Assembly (NCBI GenBank): GCA_028700115.1
Contig: JAQVTI010000007.1
Coordinates: forward strand, 7,690-39,689
Length of the DNA stretch: 32,000 nucleotides
Direction of reading: 5' to 3'
From: Candidatus Iainarchaeum sp.
GTDB lineage: Archaea; Iainarchaeota; Iainarchaeia; Iainarchaeales; CSSED10-239
In this document: positions 1 to 10,180 of the stretch, in pieces
Position numbering within the stretch: position 1 is the first letter of the stretch
Layout of the letters: each line of letters opens with the position of its first letter
Made by a program: the position numbers and the translations under genes
Notes under the pieces: model-generated
Told to the model about the DNA's origin: nothing
Database searches by the model: none
What the model saw: only the letters and a program-made list of their open reading frames with translations

Positions 1-25
1 GCTCTACCAACTGAGCTAAGAGCCC
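1..25 (-). tRNA. 5' end of a tRNA (probably tRNA-Ala) in the 16S-23S spacer, truncated by window edge
   Basis: Reverse complement starts GGGCTCTTAGCTCAGTTGGTAGAGC, a typical acceptor plus D-arm; it lies downstream of the minus-strand 16S. Anticodon is outside the window. Confidence 0.75.
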
Positions 26-109
26 TTTTATTAAAATATTATATAAGAAAACACTTATAAATATATTTTTTTAAAATAAACATAAATAAATTGAAGAAAA
101 ATAGAGAGA

Positions 110-127
110 ATGTGGAGATTAGAAGTA
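110..127 (-). other. 3' arm of 16S rRNA processing stem
   Basis: atgtggagattagaagta is nearly the same as the reverse complement of 1758-1778, so the two arms pair across the 16S in the precursor. Confidence 0.65.
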
Positions 128-187
128 TTTGCTTAAAAAACTCTAATTTGAAAATTTCGAAAAAATAACTAAATAAAATAGTTATAT

Positions 188-1682
188 AGGAGGTGATCCG
201 TCCGCAGGTTCCCCTACGGACACCTTGTTACAACTTAGTCTACCTCACGAAATATAGAATAACTTTAACCTTTAGTAGCTTAAAGTTCATCTACACTTCA
301 TTCAGTTGGCTTGATGGGCGGTGTGTGCAAGGCGCAGGGACATATTCACCGCGCGATAGTGACACGCGATTACTGGGGATTCCAGTTTCATGAGGGTGAG
401 TTGCAACCCTCAATCCAGACTTGGATCAAGTTTTTGAGATTACCACCCCCTTTCGGGTTAGAGACTCTTTGTCTTGACCATTGTATGCCGCGTGTTGCCC
501 AGAACGTTTGCACTATACTGACCTACCTTCGCCCATTCCTTCCTCACTGTTACCAGTGCAGTCTTGTTAGAGTGCTCTTTTTTGTAAACAAAAAAGATAG
601 CAACTAACAATATGGGTCTCGCCCGTTACCTGAGTTAACAGGAAGCTTCACAGTACGAGCTGACGATGGCCATACAGTAGCTCTCAGCGCATCAGGTAAG
701 ACCTTTAGCCTGACCGTCATCTTGCTGTCAGCCCTGGTAAAATATCTGGCGTTTCATCCAATTAAACCGCAGCATCCACCCCTTGTAGTGCACCCCCGCC
801 AATTCCATTAAGTTTCAGTCTTGCGACCATACTTCCCAGGCGGCGGATTTAATGGTTTCCCTTCGGCCCTGAGTAAACTCGTAGTTTACCCAACACCTAA
901 TCCGCATCGTTTACGGCTGGGACTAACCGGGTATCTAATCCGGGTTGCGCCCCCAGCTTTCGTGTCTCACTGTCAGATCCGTTCTCGTTAAGCGCCTTCG
1001 CCACAGGTAGTCTTTCTAGTATCTTAAGATTCTACTCCTACTCTAGAAATACTCTTAACGTCTCCCGGTCTCTAGTCATGCCAGTATCTCTTGCAATTCA
1101 ACAAGTTAAGCTTGCTGCTTTCACAAAAGACTTAACAAACCAGCTACACACGCTTTAAGCCAAATAATGCTGGATACCACTTGGGGATTACGTATTACCG
1201 CGGCGGCTGGCACGCATATTGCCCTCCCCTTATTCGCATAGTTATTCACACTATACAAAAGCTTGCAAAGCAAGCACTTGGAATCTCTTTATCACGGTTT
1301 CCCGCATTGTAAAAGTTTCGTAACTGCTGCACCCCGTAGGGCTAGGGACATTATCTCAGTTCCCTTCTCCGGGCTCCCTCTCTCAAGGCCCGTACAGATC
1401 TCAGGCTTGGTAGGCAATTACCCTACCAACTACCTAATCTGACGCAGTCCCATCCTTTCGCGACTTACCAGCATGAAGGTAAGACTTTTTAAAAAACAAT
1501 CATTCCAGATTTGTTTTTCTATAGAGCATTATCCTCAGTTTCCCAAGTTTTACTCTTCAAAAGGGTAGGTTGACCACGCGTTACTGAGCCGTTCGCCAAA
1601 ACTTCTCATAGCTGAAGTTTTTAGACTTGCATGTCTTAGTCAGATTCCAATAGCAGTATCCACCAGCAGGATCAGCTGGAAT
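188..1682 (-). rRNA. 16S ribosomal RNA, archaeal, full length
   Basis: 3' end has the anti-SD core (GGATCACCTCCT read on the minus strand); 5' end is ATTCCAGCTGATCCTGCTGGA; the 515-region TTACCGCGGCGGCTGGCAC is present. Length about 1495 nt. Confidence 0.97.
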
Positions 1683-1757
1683 TATTTTATATAATTTTGG
1701 AATTGGTTATATAATTTTGCACACAAATTTTAGTGAATTTAAGCATATAAAATTTGT

Positions 1758-1778
1758 TACTTTCTAATCTTTCCACAT
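1758..1778 (-). other. 5' arm of 16S rRNA processing stem
   Basis: Reverse complement atgtggaaagattagaaagta pairs with 127-110 in the transcript with AA and A bulges. Confidence 0.65.
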
Positions 1779-1959
1779 CAGACTCAAAAAAACTTGAGAC
1801 CTCATAAAAGATTTTACCTCAAAAATAATTTCGGTAAAATTTGTCTGCTTGAAAAAAACTTCTTGCAGTAAAATAATAATTGTACCGGCAAGTTTAAAAA
1901 GGTTTTGCTTTTTTCCTCTAAAAAATTAAAAAAAGCTTTAAAAAGACAGTTTTTTAAAA

Positions 1960-2122
1960 AAAATATAATTTAAATATAAATATTATAAAAAAAAAATATA
2001 ATTTAAATATAAATATTATAAAAAAAATATAATTTAAATATAAATATTATATAAAAAAATATAATTCAAATATAAATATTATAAAAAAAAATATAATTTA
2101 AATATAAATATTATATAAAAAA
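1960..2122. repeat. AT-only tandem repeat, about 5 units of roughly 30-35 bp
   Basis: Repeated unit (a)nTATAATTTAAATATAAATATTATA(TA)(a)n with variable A-tract length. Confidence 0.8.
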
Positions 2123-2228
2123 AATTTAAAAATAAAAAAAGTTAAGATTAAAAAAAATATTTAAATAAACTAAATTATTATATTTAAAATTAAATATATT
2201 TATTAAAAAAAAAAATAAGAAACTACAC

Positions 2229-2360
2229 CTATGATGCAGCTCTTTTTCTTAAATATCTTCTTTCTCTTTTCTTTTCTCTCATTTTCTTTTTCTTCCATTT
2301 CCATCTTTGTCTGGATTTAGTTTTTTTAAACCTACTTGAATCTTTCTTTCTTGTTCCCAT
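2229..2360 (-). CDS. Small highly basic protein, candidate ribosomal protein eL41-like (43 aa, not in the ORF track)
   Basis: Translation MGTRKKDSSRFKKTKSRQRWKWKKKKMREKKRERRYLRKRAAS*. Basic W-K-W-K-K-K...RxRR pattern resembles eL41; it lies between 16S, tRNA-Glu and eL40 genes. Confidence 0.4.
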   Translation of the reverse strand: MGTRKKDSSRFKKTKSRQRWKWKKKKMREKKRERRYLRKRAAS

Positions 2361-2455
2361 TAATTTTCACATTTTATAAACATTATTTTTTTATAAATAT
2401 TTTTATAATAAATATTATTTTTTAAAAATTATTTTAAAAAATAAAAGTTTATCAA

Positions 2456-2529
2456 TGCTCTGGCCGGGATTCGAACCCGAGTCACTGGCTTGAAAGGCCA
2501 GTATGATTACCAACTACACTACCAAAGCA
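2456..2529 (-). tRNA. tRNA-Glu (anticodon TTC)
   Basis: TGCTTTG/CAGAGCA acceptor (one G-T pair), anticodon loop CTTTCAA, T-arm GGGTTCGAATCCC. Confidence 0.93.
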
Positions 2530-2853
2530 CATAAAGATAAATTGTTTTTATTTAAATATAATTAAAAACAGTATAATATAAATAAGTAACGATTTATTTA
2601 TATATTCTTTGTTTTTTTACTATATAATTATTACAACTATATAACTATGATAAAATAAATATATAAATATATTTATTTTTAAATAAACATAATCAAAAAA
2701 AATAAATTTTTTAAAATATAAAAATATTCTAAAAAAAGATACTATTTAAAAAGTTTTATTAATATCTTTATATATATAATATTAACTAATTTAAAAAAAA
2801 TAGTTGTAAAAAAATAAAATAAAAAAATAATATTTATTTAAAGGTGGATTAAT

Positions 2854-3006
2854 ATGGATAATGCAGCAAAAGAAAGAAGATTAAAAAATATATGGGTATG
2901 TATGGCTTGTAATAACACTATGAGATCTTCAAAAAAACCAGAAGCATGTAAAAAATGTGGTTCTACAAGAATAAGAGCTAAAAAGAAAGGAAAGAATGTT
3001 AAATAA
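2854..3006 (+). CDS. rpl40e: 50S ribosomal protein eL40 (L40e)
   Basis: 50 aa MDNAAKERRLKNIWVCMACNNTMRSSKKPEACKKCGSTRIRAKKKGKNVK with two CxxC zinc knuckles; upstream aaggtg. Confidence 0.9.
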   Translation: MDNAAKERRLKNIWVCMACNNTMRSSKKPEACKKCGSTRIRAKKKGKNVK

Positions 3007-3034
3007 TTTTATAAATTAATAATAAATAAAAAAG

Positions 3035-4078
3035 TTAAAACCATTTTGATAAACTTTTTTGTTTTTCTTTTTCTTCTTTTTCTATAATAAATTTATTTAA
3101 AGTATTATTAATTCTTTCTTCAGAAAAATTAGCTTTATCAATTAATATATTTCTAATTTTATTTTCATCAAATTTACCTTTTATAATTTCTGGATTTTTA
3201 TTAATATTTGGATTTAAAAAAATATCCTGTATCTCTTTATAATCAAATGAAACATTTTTATTTTTTGATTTTAAATAAGAATTAATATCTTCAAAAGAAT
3301 TATATTCTTTAACAATTTTTAAAGCAGTTTTTGGACCTATTCCTTCTACTTTATCATTAAAATCTGTACCAATTAAAATAGACAACCAAATTAATTTTTC
3401 TCTAGAAATATTTAATTTCTCAAAAAGTTCTTTAGAATATATAATTTCTGGTTGTATATCTATATATATATTTTTATAAGGAATTTTTTTTTTCCCAGAA
3501 ACAGTTAAATTTCTCAAAAGATTTGGGGAGTTAAAAAGAAGAGAATCATAATCTTGAGATACTGTGTAATCTAAAATTCCTTTAGAAGTCATATATGATA
3601 TTTGAGCTTCAGCCTCTGATGGAGCATCAATATATGAAACCCCCATTGCTAATAATAATTCTTTAGATTCATTAATTATTTTTTTATTTAAAGAAACAAT
3701 TTGTCTAGAAAATTTAAAAATATCAGGCATATTTCCATCAATAGTTGCCTGTTCTAATTTTTCTTTTGCTTTTTCTTTTAAATTTTGCCTTCTATCTTTA
3801 GTTTTTTGCTTTAAATAATTACTTTTACCATCAAAAACAAAATATAAGTCTATATTATTTGTCATCAAGTTTAAAAGTCTATAAAAAAGACCATTTAAAT
3901 GCGAGGTAACTTCTCCATTTAAATTTTTTAAAGGTTCCCCATCTATACCTCTAATACTTGTTAAAAATTGATAAAGAATATTATATGAATCAAAACCAAA
4001 TTTTTTTAATTTAAATTCTTTTGTTAATTTAAATTCTTGTTTATATTCTTTTATTAAAGAACCAATTGCTACTCCCAT
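3035..4078 (-). CDS. fen: Flap endonuclease 1 (FEN1/XPG family)
   Basis: Conserved YFVFDGK, DAPSEAEAQ, SQDYDSLLF and GTDFNDKVEGIGPKTA; C-terminal PIP box QKSLSKWF. Confidence 0.95.
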   Translation of the reverse strand: MGVAIGSLIKEYKQEFKLTKEFKLKKFGFDSYNILYQFLTSIRGIDGEPLKNLNGEVTSHLNGLFYRLLNLMTNNIDLYFVFDGKSNYLKQKTKDRRQNLKEKAKEKLEQATIDGNMPDIFKFSRQIVSLNKKIINESKELLLAMGVSYIDAPSEAEAQISYMTSKGILDYTVSQDYDSLLFNSPNLLRNLTVSGKKKIPYKNIYIDIQPEIIYSKELFEKLNISREKLIWLSILIGTDFNDKVEGIGPKTALKIVKEYNSFEDINSYLKSKNKNVSFDYKEIQDIFLNPNINKNPEIIKGKFDENKIRNILIDKANFSEERINNTLNKFIIEKEEKEKQKSLSKWF

Positions 4079-4183
4079 TCATTATCACATAAAATATTAA
4101 TTAGAAAAGATATATAAATGTTTTTTTACATTATATTATTATAAAGTAATCTTTTTTTGTTATTAAAAAAAGAAATATATCAT

Positions 4184-4255
4184 GCATCCGTAGTATAGCG
4201 GTTAGTATGTGAGCCTTCCAAGCTTAGGACTCGGGTTCGATTCCCGACGGATGCA
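4184..4255 (+). tRNA. tRNA-Gly (anticodon TCC)
   Basis: GCATCCG/CGGATGC acceptor, anticodon loop CTTCCAA, T-arm CGGGTTCGATTCCCG. Confidence 0.93.
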
Positions 4256-4282
4256 CTTTTAACTTATTTTTTAAATATACTA

Positions 4283-4900
4283 CTAGTTTATATCTTTTAA
4301 GAAATCATAAAATTCAAATCTATTTAAAATTTCTAAAATTGTTAAATAATTATTTAATCTATTGCCTTCTATAAAATATTTATCTATATTTTTATAAAAA
4401 GTATTATTTATGCTTTTACTATCTTTTAAAATATTATTTCCAGAAAGAATATTTCTCAAATAAATTTTACTATATTCTTTTGAGCTAAAAACTTTTGGAG
4501 CAGAAAAATAAAGACCTATATAAAAATTAATTTCCTTTAATTTATTTTTATCTATTAATCTATCTTTTTGAGCAATAGACAACTTATTTATTAATGAAAA
4601 TATCTCTTTATCTTGCTTACTTTCAAATTTATCAAATATATTATCTTTTTTTAAATTTGCAATTTTTCTTTTTTCTAAAAGTTTATTTATTTTTTCTTTA
4701 GAAACAGAATCTTCAAATTTTTTTTTAAAAAGGTCATAAAGATTATATAAATTATCTAATAATTTTTCTTCTTTTACAGTTAAATTTAATTTATTTGCAA
4801 GTTTTAAAAATTGTATTGCTTTTTCTTTAGTTTCATATTTTGGATTTTTTAAAGAATATTTTTCAATTTTTTCTATTTTTAAATTTTTTTTTTTAGGCAT
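4283..4900 (-). CDS. Hypothetical Lys-rich alpha-helical protein
   Basis: Intact 205-aa ORF; no family recognised. Confidence 0.55.
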   Translation of the reverse strand: MPKKKNLKIEKIEKYSLKNPKYETKEKAIQFLKLANKLNLTVKEEKLLDNLYNLYDLFKKKFEDSVSKEKINKLLEKRKIANLKKDNIFDKFESKQDKEIFSLINKLSIAQKDRLIDKNKLKEINFYIGLYFSAPKVFSSKEYSKIYLRNILSGNNILKDSKSINNTFYKNIDKYFIEGNRLNNYLTILEILNRFEFYDFLKDIN

Positions 4901-4990
4901 ATTTTTTCAAATTTTATATAATTTATAAATATAATAATATTATAATTATATAATTTAATAAATAGATTGTTTTAATATTTATTAAAAAAA

Positions 4991-6379
4991 TCAAAAAAAA
5001 TAAGGAAGAATATTTAAAATTAATAATAATATTAAAATAATCCCAAAAAAAGTTCCAATTATTTTTTTTCTTTTTTCAATTTTTCTTTTTTTAGATAAAT
5101 ATTCAGAAAAAATTACTTTAGACATACCCCCACCATCAAAAGGATGTGTTGGTAAATAATTTACTGTTGCAATAATAAAATTTAATAATGCGCTCCATAA
5201 TAAAACATTATATATAGTTTTAAAAATATAATATTTTTTAGGAATAATATAATTTGGATCAGAAACAACTCCTACAGAAAAACCAACTCTTCCCATTTCA
5301 TTAGGTCTTAAATAAATTGTTTCTAAAATATTTGTATCTTTTGACATAATAATATATTTATTATCATAATCTAATTTTGTAGCATTAAGCAGATCATTTC
5401 TATTTCTAATATTAATATCATTAACAGAAATAATTACATCATTTACATCAAAAACACCATATGCAGGAGAATTATAACTAGTACCACAAATAGATGTTTC
5501 TTTTTCTACAGAATAAACATAAACAAGATCATCTTTTTCAATAGCAATGGAATTAGATAAATTTGTCATAGTTGGTGCAAATGCCAGAAATAATAAAAAA
5601 AATATAATAGCTAAAATAACATTACTCATAGGTCCAGCAGAATACATTCTTAAAAGATCTCTATCTTTAATTTTTTTTAATTGCTTTTCATCAGGTTCTA
5701 CAAATGCACCTAATGGTAAAATCCCTGCTAAAATAACTCCTATAGATTTTATTTTTAACTTTAAAGATCTTAATATAGCACCATGTGAAAATTCATGAAT
5801 AACTGCTGAAAAAATTAAAATTATCCAACCATACCATGGAATAAATATATCTACTTTAGGCATTTTAACCCCAGGAATAACAAGTCCTATTCCAGGACAT
5901 GCATTTGCTACTGTTCCTAGGAATAATTTAATTATAATATCATATGCAGAAAAAATTAAAGAACCTAAAGTAAATCCAGAAAGCCCCATAACCCCTGTAA
6001 GAATTATTAAAAAATATATAAATCCTTTTGAAATTAATGGATTATTTAAAAATAAACCTTTTGTTGAAAAATAAGAAATAATTATAAAAACAATAGAAGA
6101 TATTAAAAATAATAAAACTCTTTTCCAAACTTTTTTTAATTTATTTTTAGAAACATAATCTAAACCAAATGCCCCAAAACCAATAACTAATCCAATATCT
6201 GAAAAAACATATAATATTTTTTTGTTTTTTGCAATTTTATCTAAAAATTTAATAAATTTATTAGTTTTAAGTAATATTAATACACCTAAATAAATTTCTT
6301 TTTTAAAAAAAACTTTTGCAAATTTAGATGTAAAAAGCAATATTAAAATAATTAATAAAATTAATAAAAATGAGTTCAT
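4991..6379 (-). CDS. Site-2 protease (M50) family membrane metalloprotease
   Basis: HEFSHG (HExxH) motif in a TM segment, PDZ-like middle, and NYLPTHPFDGG (second metal-binding motif). Confidence 0.9.
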   Translation of the reverse strand: MNSFLLILLIILILLFTSKFAKVFFKKEIYLGVLILLKTNKFIKFLDKIAKNKKILYVFSDIGLVIGFGAFGLDYVSKNKLKKVWKRVLLFLISSIVFIIISYFSTKGLFLNNPLISKGFIYFLIILTGVMGLSGFTLGSLIFSAYDIIIKLFLGTVANACPGIGLVIPGVKMPKVDIFIPWYGWIILIFSAVIHEFSHGAILRSLKLKIKSIGVILAGILPLGAFVEPDEKQLKKIKDRDLLRMYSAGPMSNVILAIIFFLLFLAFAPTMTNLSNSIAIEKDDLVYVYSVEKETSICGTSYNSPAYGVFDVNDVIISVNDINIRNRNDLLNATKLDYDNKYIIMSKDTNILETIYLRPNEMGRVGFSVGVVSDPNYIIPKKYYIFKTIYNVLLWSALLNFIIATVNYLPTHPFDGGGMSKVIFSEYLSKKRKIEKRKKIIGTFFGIILILLLILNILPYFF

Positions 6380-6477
6380 ATTTTCTCTTTATAATATATT
6401 CAATATAAAATAAAATATAAAAGGAAATATAAAGCTTTTGGAAAAAATTATTTTTAAAATTTATAATAAAAATAAAT

Positions 6478-8043
6478 TTATAACCATCCAAAAAGCATTA
6501 AAAGACCTAATAATAATATAATTGCACCTGCAACTAAATGGAAATATCTTATATTCTTTTGTTTCCATTCTCCAATATCTTGAATCTTACTTATCCCAAA
6601 ATAAACTATTAAAGTTATAATAATCATTGGAATAATAAATATAAGATTATATAATAATAACAAAGGAATAGACTTTAAAATATCAATTAAAGCAAGAGAA
6701 TTAGTTGCAACAACATAAGGTCCAATTGTACAAGGTAAAAGAAAAACAGTAACAAAAAGACCTACTACAAAAGCACCAATCGGAGAAGTTGCTTTTTTAA
6801 TTAATTTTTGTACTTTTGGTCTTAACCCCATAGGCATTTCAGTACCTATAGTCCCAGGTTTATAATTAAAGAAGTCTTTAATTTGTAAAACTCCTAAAAT
6901 AATTGCAATAATTGCAAAAACTTTATATGCAATAATAGATGTTGCACCAGAAAATGATTTAAATAAAGAAATAAAAATTAAGCCATATAAAAAATACATA
7001 ATAAATATAGATAAAGTAAATAAAAGACCTGATTTTAAAATTTTATTTTTATTATTAGAACTATAAGTTGTAATAGTTAATAAAAGCATTAATAAAACAG
7101 CAAAAGCACAAGGATTTACAGCATCTGTTAATGCAAGAGTAACAACTTTAAAAACACTTAATTTATCTTTATTTACTTTATTTGCTAAAATTGTAGAATT
7201 ATCTAAAACTTCATTACATTCTTTTTCAACAACACTACATTCTCCATTAAAATAAAATTTATAACCATCAAATTCAACAGCTTGATCAAAAGATTGTATA
7301 GCTCCTGAAAGTGGGATATAATTTTCATTAATACTAATAAAATTAATATCTTTTAAAATTAAAGAAACATCTTCTAAAGATAATAAATTATGTAAAATAT
7401 CATTAGAAATAATAGAAGAACTTGAAACTTTTTCTAAAGCTCTATCTTTTTTCCAAACTACAAAATTACCTTTTAATTTATTTAAATTAATATCAGAAAA
7501 ATAAGTTGAACCATTTTCATAAACTGAAAAAGGTAAAGGGCATTTATTATCTGTAATAAAATTTAAATTATTATCTATAAAATTATCAATTATAGAAGTA
7601 TAATAAAATATATTTTCTTTATTCAAAACTAAAAAAGGAATAGTTGTTCCAGAATCATATAAATCATCATAATCTAAAGCAAAAATAGTATTTTGTCTTT
7701 TTTGTTTAACTTCATATTCTATAATTACCAAATTAGGATTTTCTTTTAAGCCTTCTTTTAATAAAACAGGATCAATCTTTGCACAATGAGGGCAACCTAT
7801 TCCTGTAATATATACCCCACAAACTTCTTTATTATAATTTATAGAATTATTTCCATTTAAATCAGAATTTTCTAAATTATTATTTAAAAAATCCATACTA
7901 AAAATATTATCTGAAGAATCAATTTCACAAAGATTTTCTCCAGTATTTATATCTAAACAATCATCAGCAAATATAAATGTAGAAAAAAACAAACTTAAAA
8001 CAACTAATATAAACAAAAATAAAATACTTTTATAATTTTTCAT
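6478..8043 (-). CDS. Thioredoxin-like domain fused to CcdA/DsbD-type transmembrane electron carrier
   Basis: Signal-like N-terminus, CPHC thioredoxin-type motif, then DAVNPCAFAVLLML and LLPCTIGPYVVA, the CcdA cysteine motifs. Confidence 0.85.
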   Translation of the reverse strand: MKNYKSILFLFILVVLSLFFSTFIFADDCLDINTGENLCEIDSSDNIFSMDFLNNNLENSDLNGNNSINYNKEVCGVYITGIGCPHCAKIDPVLLKEGLKENPNLVIIEYEVKQKRQNTIFALDYDDLYDSGTTIPFLVLNKENIFYYTSIIDNFIDNNLNFITDNKCPLPFSVYENGSTYFSDINLNKLKGNFVVWKKDRALEKVSSSSIISNDILHNLLSLEDVSLILKDINFISINENYIPLSGAIQSFDQAVEFDGYKFYFNGECSVVEKECNEVLDNSTILANKVNKDKLSVFKVVTLALTDAVNPCAFAVLLMLLLTITTYSSNNKNKILKSGLLFTLSIFIMYFLYGLIFISLFKSFSGATSIIAYKVFAIIAIILGVLQIKDFFNYKPGTIGTEMPMGLRPKVQKLIKKATSPIGAFVVGLFVTVFLLPCTIGPYVVATNSLALIDILKSIPLLLLYNLIFIIPMIIITLIVYFGISKIQDIGEWKQKNIRYFHLVAGAIILLLGLLMLFGWL

Positions 8044-8269
8044 AAAAAAACCTTCTTAAAATATATTATAAAAAATCTTTTTAAAATATATTATTAAAAC
8101 TTTAAAACATTTAAATAATTTCTTAAAAAATAAATTAAAAAAACCTATTATATAAATAAATATATAATTATATTTTTAAATATATTCTTACTAGCTTAAA
8201 AATTTTAAAAATATAATTATATAATTTAATTTCAAAAAAAATTAAAAAATAATATAAAATTATATAAAA

Positions 8270-9217
8270 CTAAAATTTAATTTTATAAGCACAAATCTTA
8301 TAAACAAGTTTTGCAAGAGTATAGCTTTCTGAAAAATAATCTTTTTTTTCTCCATTTGGGGCAAATTCTACTAAATCTAAAGCAATTACATTTTTTCTTT
8401 TAAAAATTTTTTCTAGAAAAAAATTAATTTGATTCCAATTAAATCCACCTGGTTCGGGTGTATTTGTATATTTAATTATAGAAGGATCAAAAAAATCTAC
8501 ATCAATTGAAATAAATACATGTTTTGGAAGTTTTTTTAAATACAAATCTAAAAATTTAGGATTTTTAAATAAATCTTTTGCATAAACTATATTAATATTT
8601 TTTCCATCTTTTGATTCTAAAAACATATGTTCATAAAAATCTTGAGATCTTACTCCAAAAATTACAGTTTCATGCTTTTTTGAAATAATTCTAGAAGTAC
8701 ATGCATGAAGCCAAGTATCTTCGCCCCAAGGTTCCCTTAAATCAGAATGAGCATCAAAAACAATTATCCCAAAATCAAGGTGTTTCTGTTCTAAAAAAGA
8801 TACTACAGAAATAGTTGTTGAATGATCTGAACCTAAAAAAATATTAAATTTATCTAAAGAAACATTTTTAGATAATGTGTCCAACATACTCTGTAAATCT
8901 AATATATAATTATTATGTTTCTGGAAGTTAAAAAAAGGATAAGTATATATTCCATAAAGATATGGTTCAAAATTTAATTCACAATCAAAATATTCTAATT
9001 CATATGAAGCTTTTAATATTTCTAAAGGACCTTTTTCAGCCCCAGAACCAACAGTTACTTTTCCTTTATATTTTATAGGAATAATATTTATCATTGAATC
9101 TTTTTTAGAACAATATTTTTTTGGAAGATTTAAAAATATAATATTTTTATTTAAAAAATTATCATTTATATTTTTATTTTTTTTAATAATTTTTAAAGTT
9201 TTATTTTTTAGAACCAT
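8270..9217 (-). CDS. speB: Agmatinase / arginase-family ureohydrolase
   Basis: Mn ligand motifs GSDHS, FDAHSD and SIDVDFFDP; adjacent to a decarboxylase and DHS. Confidence 0.85.
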   Translation of the reverse strand: MVLKNKTLKIIKKNKNINDNFLNKNIIFLNLPKKYCSKKDSMINIIPIKYKGKVTVGSGAEKGPLEILKASYELEYFDCELNFEPYLYGIYTYPFFNFQKHNNYILDLQSMLDTLSKNVSLDKFNIFLGSDHSTTISVVSFLEQKHLDFGIIVFDAHSDLREPWGEDTWLHACTSRIISKKHETVIFGVRSQDFYEHMFLESKDGKNINIVYAKDLFKNPKFLDLYLKKLPKHVFISIDVDFFDPSIIKYTNTPEPGGFNWNQINFFLEKIFKRKNVIALDLVEFAPNGEKKDYFSESYTLAKLVYKICAYKIKF

Positions 9218-9240
9218 ATATATTTATATTTACAATAGAT

Positions 9241-10179
9241 TTATAACTTTAATTTATTAAAAAAATTAATAGATTGAGTTATATTTTCAGAAAAGGATTC
9301 ATTAAAACCAGGATCTATTAAATAAATTTTTTTAGTATTAATATTTATTAATACATTTTTAGGTAAAATATCAAATATATAATTATTATAAAAAGAATCT
9401 TTATTTTTAAAATATATATTTAAATTATATTTGACATTTTCAAAAATATTTTCTAAATCTTTTGAAATTTTATTAAATTCTGTTGAATTTATAATTTGTT
9501 TAGTTTTATTATATTCACTTATATAAAAACTTTTTAAATTTTGTAAATTACTATAATCTAAACAAATAAAATTAATAGCTTTATTTTTAAAAATCTTAAA
9601 ATAATTTGATGAAAAATATGCTAATTTTGGGGAAATAATATTTATTCCTTGACGTTCTAATAATTTTAATGCAACAAATTCTTCAAAACTTGGTAATTTA
9701 TAATTATTTCCTTGTTTAATATAAAATTTATGTATTTTATTTAATTTATCTTTAATTATTAAAAAAAATGAATTCTTTGTATTTAATGAATCTTCTTTTA
9801 ACTTATTTTTATAAGACATATTATATTTTGAAATTAAATAATTCCCTTTTGGATCTTTTATTTTTTTTAAAGAAGGATCTTTAATTAATTTTAAAAAAGA
9901 AGAAATTATACCTTTATTTTCTGAAAGTAATTTCTTAAAAGATAAATCATATGCTAATGCTTTTATTGCATGTCCTTTTGCATAATAATCTTTTTTAATT
10001 TTTTTTTCATAAATATAAGCATTATATTTTAAATTAAGATTATTAAATTCTTTTGAATAATATATTCTTTTTAAATCTAATTCATTAGGTAGATTAACAA
10101 AACTTATTAATTTAGTATTTCTTTTTTTAATTGTTTCTTTAATAATTTTATTTTTTCTAAATAAATTCATTATAATCAT
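9241..10179 (-). CDS. Divergent kinase-fold-like protein, tandem paralog A
   Basis: KFYIKQ, SFEEFVALKLLE, ISPKLAYFS, FICLDYSNL and ILPKNVLININTKKIYLIDPG resemble APH/kinase-like lobes; paralogous to the next ORF. Confidence 0.45.
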   Translation of the reverse strand: MIIMNLFRKNKIIKETIKKRNTKLISFVNLPNELDLKRIYYSKEFNNLNLKYNAYIYEKKIKKDYYAKGHAIKALAYDLSFKKLLSENKGIISSFLKLIKDPSLKKIKDPKGNYLISKYNMSYKNKLKEDSLNTKNSFFLIIKDKLNKIHKFYIKQGNNYKLPSFEEFVALKLLERQGINIISPKLAYFSSNYFKIFKNKAINFICLDYSNLQNLKSFYISEYNKTKQIINSTEFNKISKDLENIFENVKYNLNIYFKNKDSFYNNYIFDILPKNVLININTKKIYLIDPGFNESFSENITQSINFFNKLKL

Positions 10180-10180
10180 T

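Noticed and set aside
193-607. ORFs 193..393 (+) and 311..607 (+)
   Set aside because: They lie antisense within the 16S rRNA gene; not coding.
1960-2122. Possible CRISPR array
   Set aside because: Units are directly adjacent with only A-run variation and no unique spacers; it is a simple AT tandem repeat.
5547-5798. ORF 5547..5798 (+), 83 aa
   Set aside because: Antisense to the S2P-family protease gene, low complexity, no recognisable domain.
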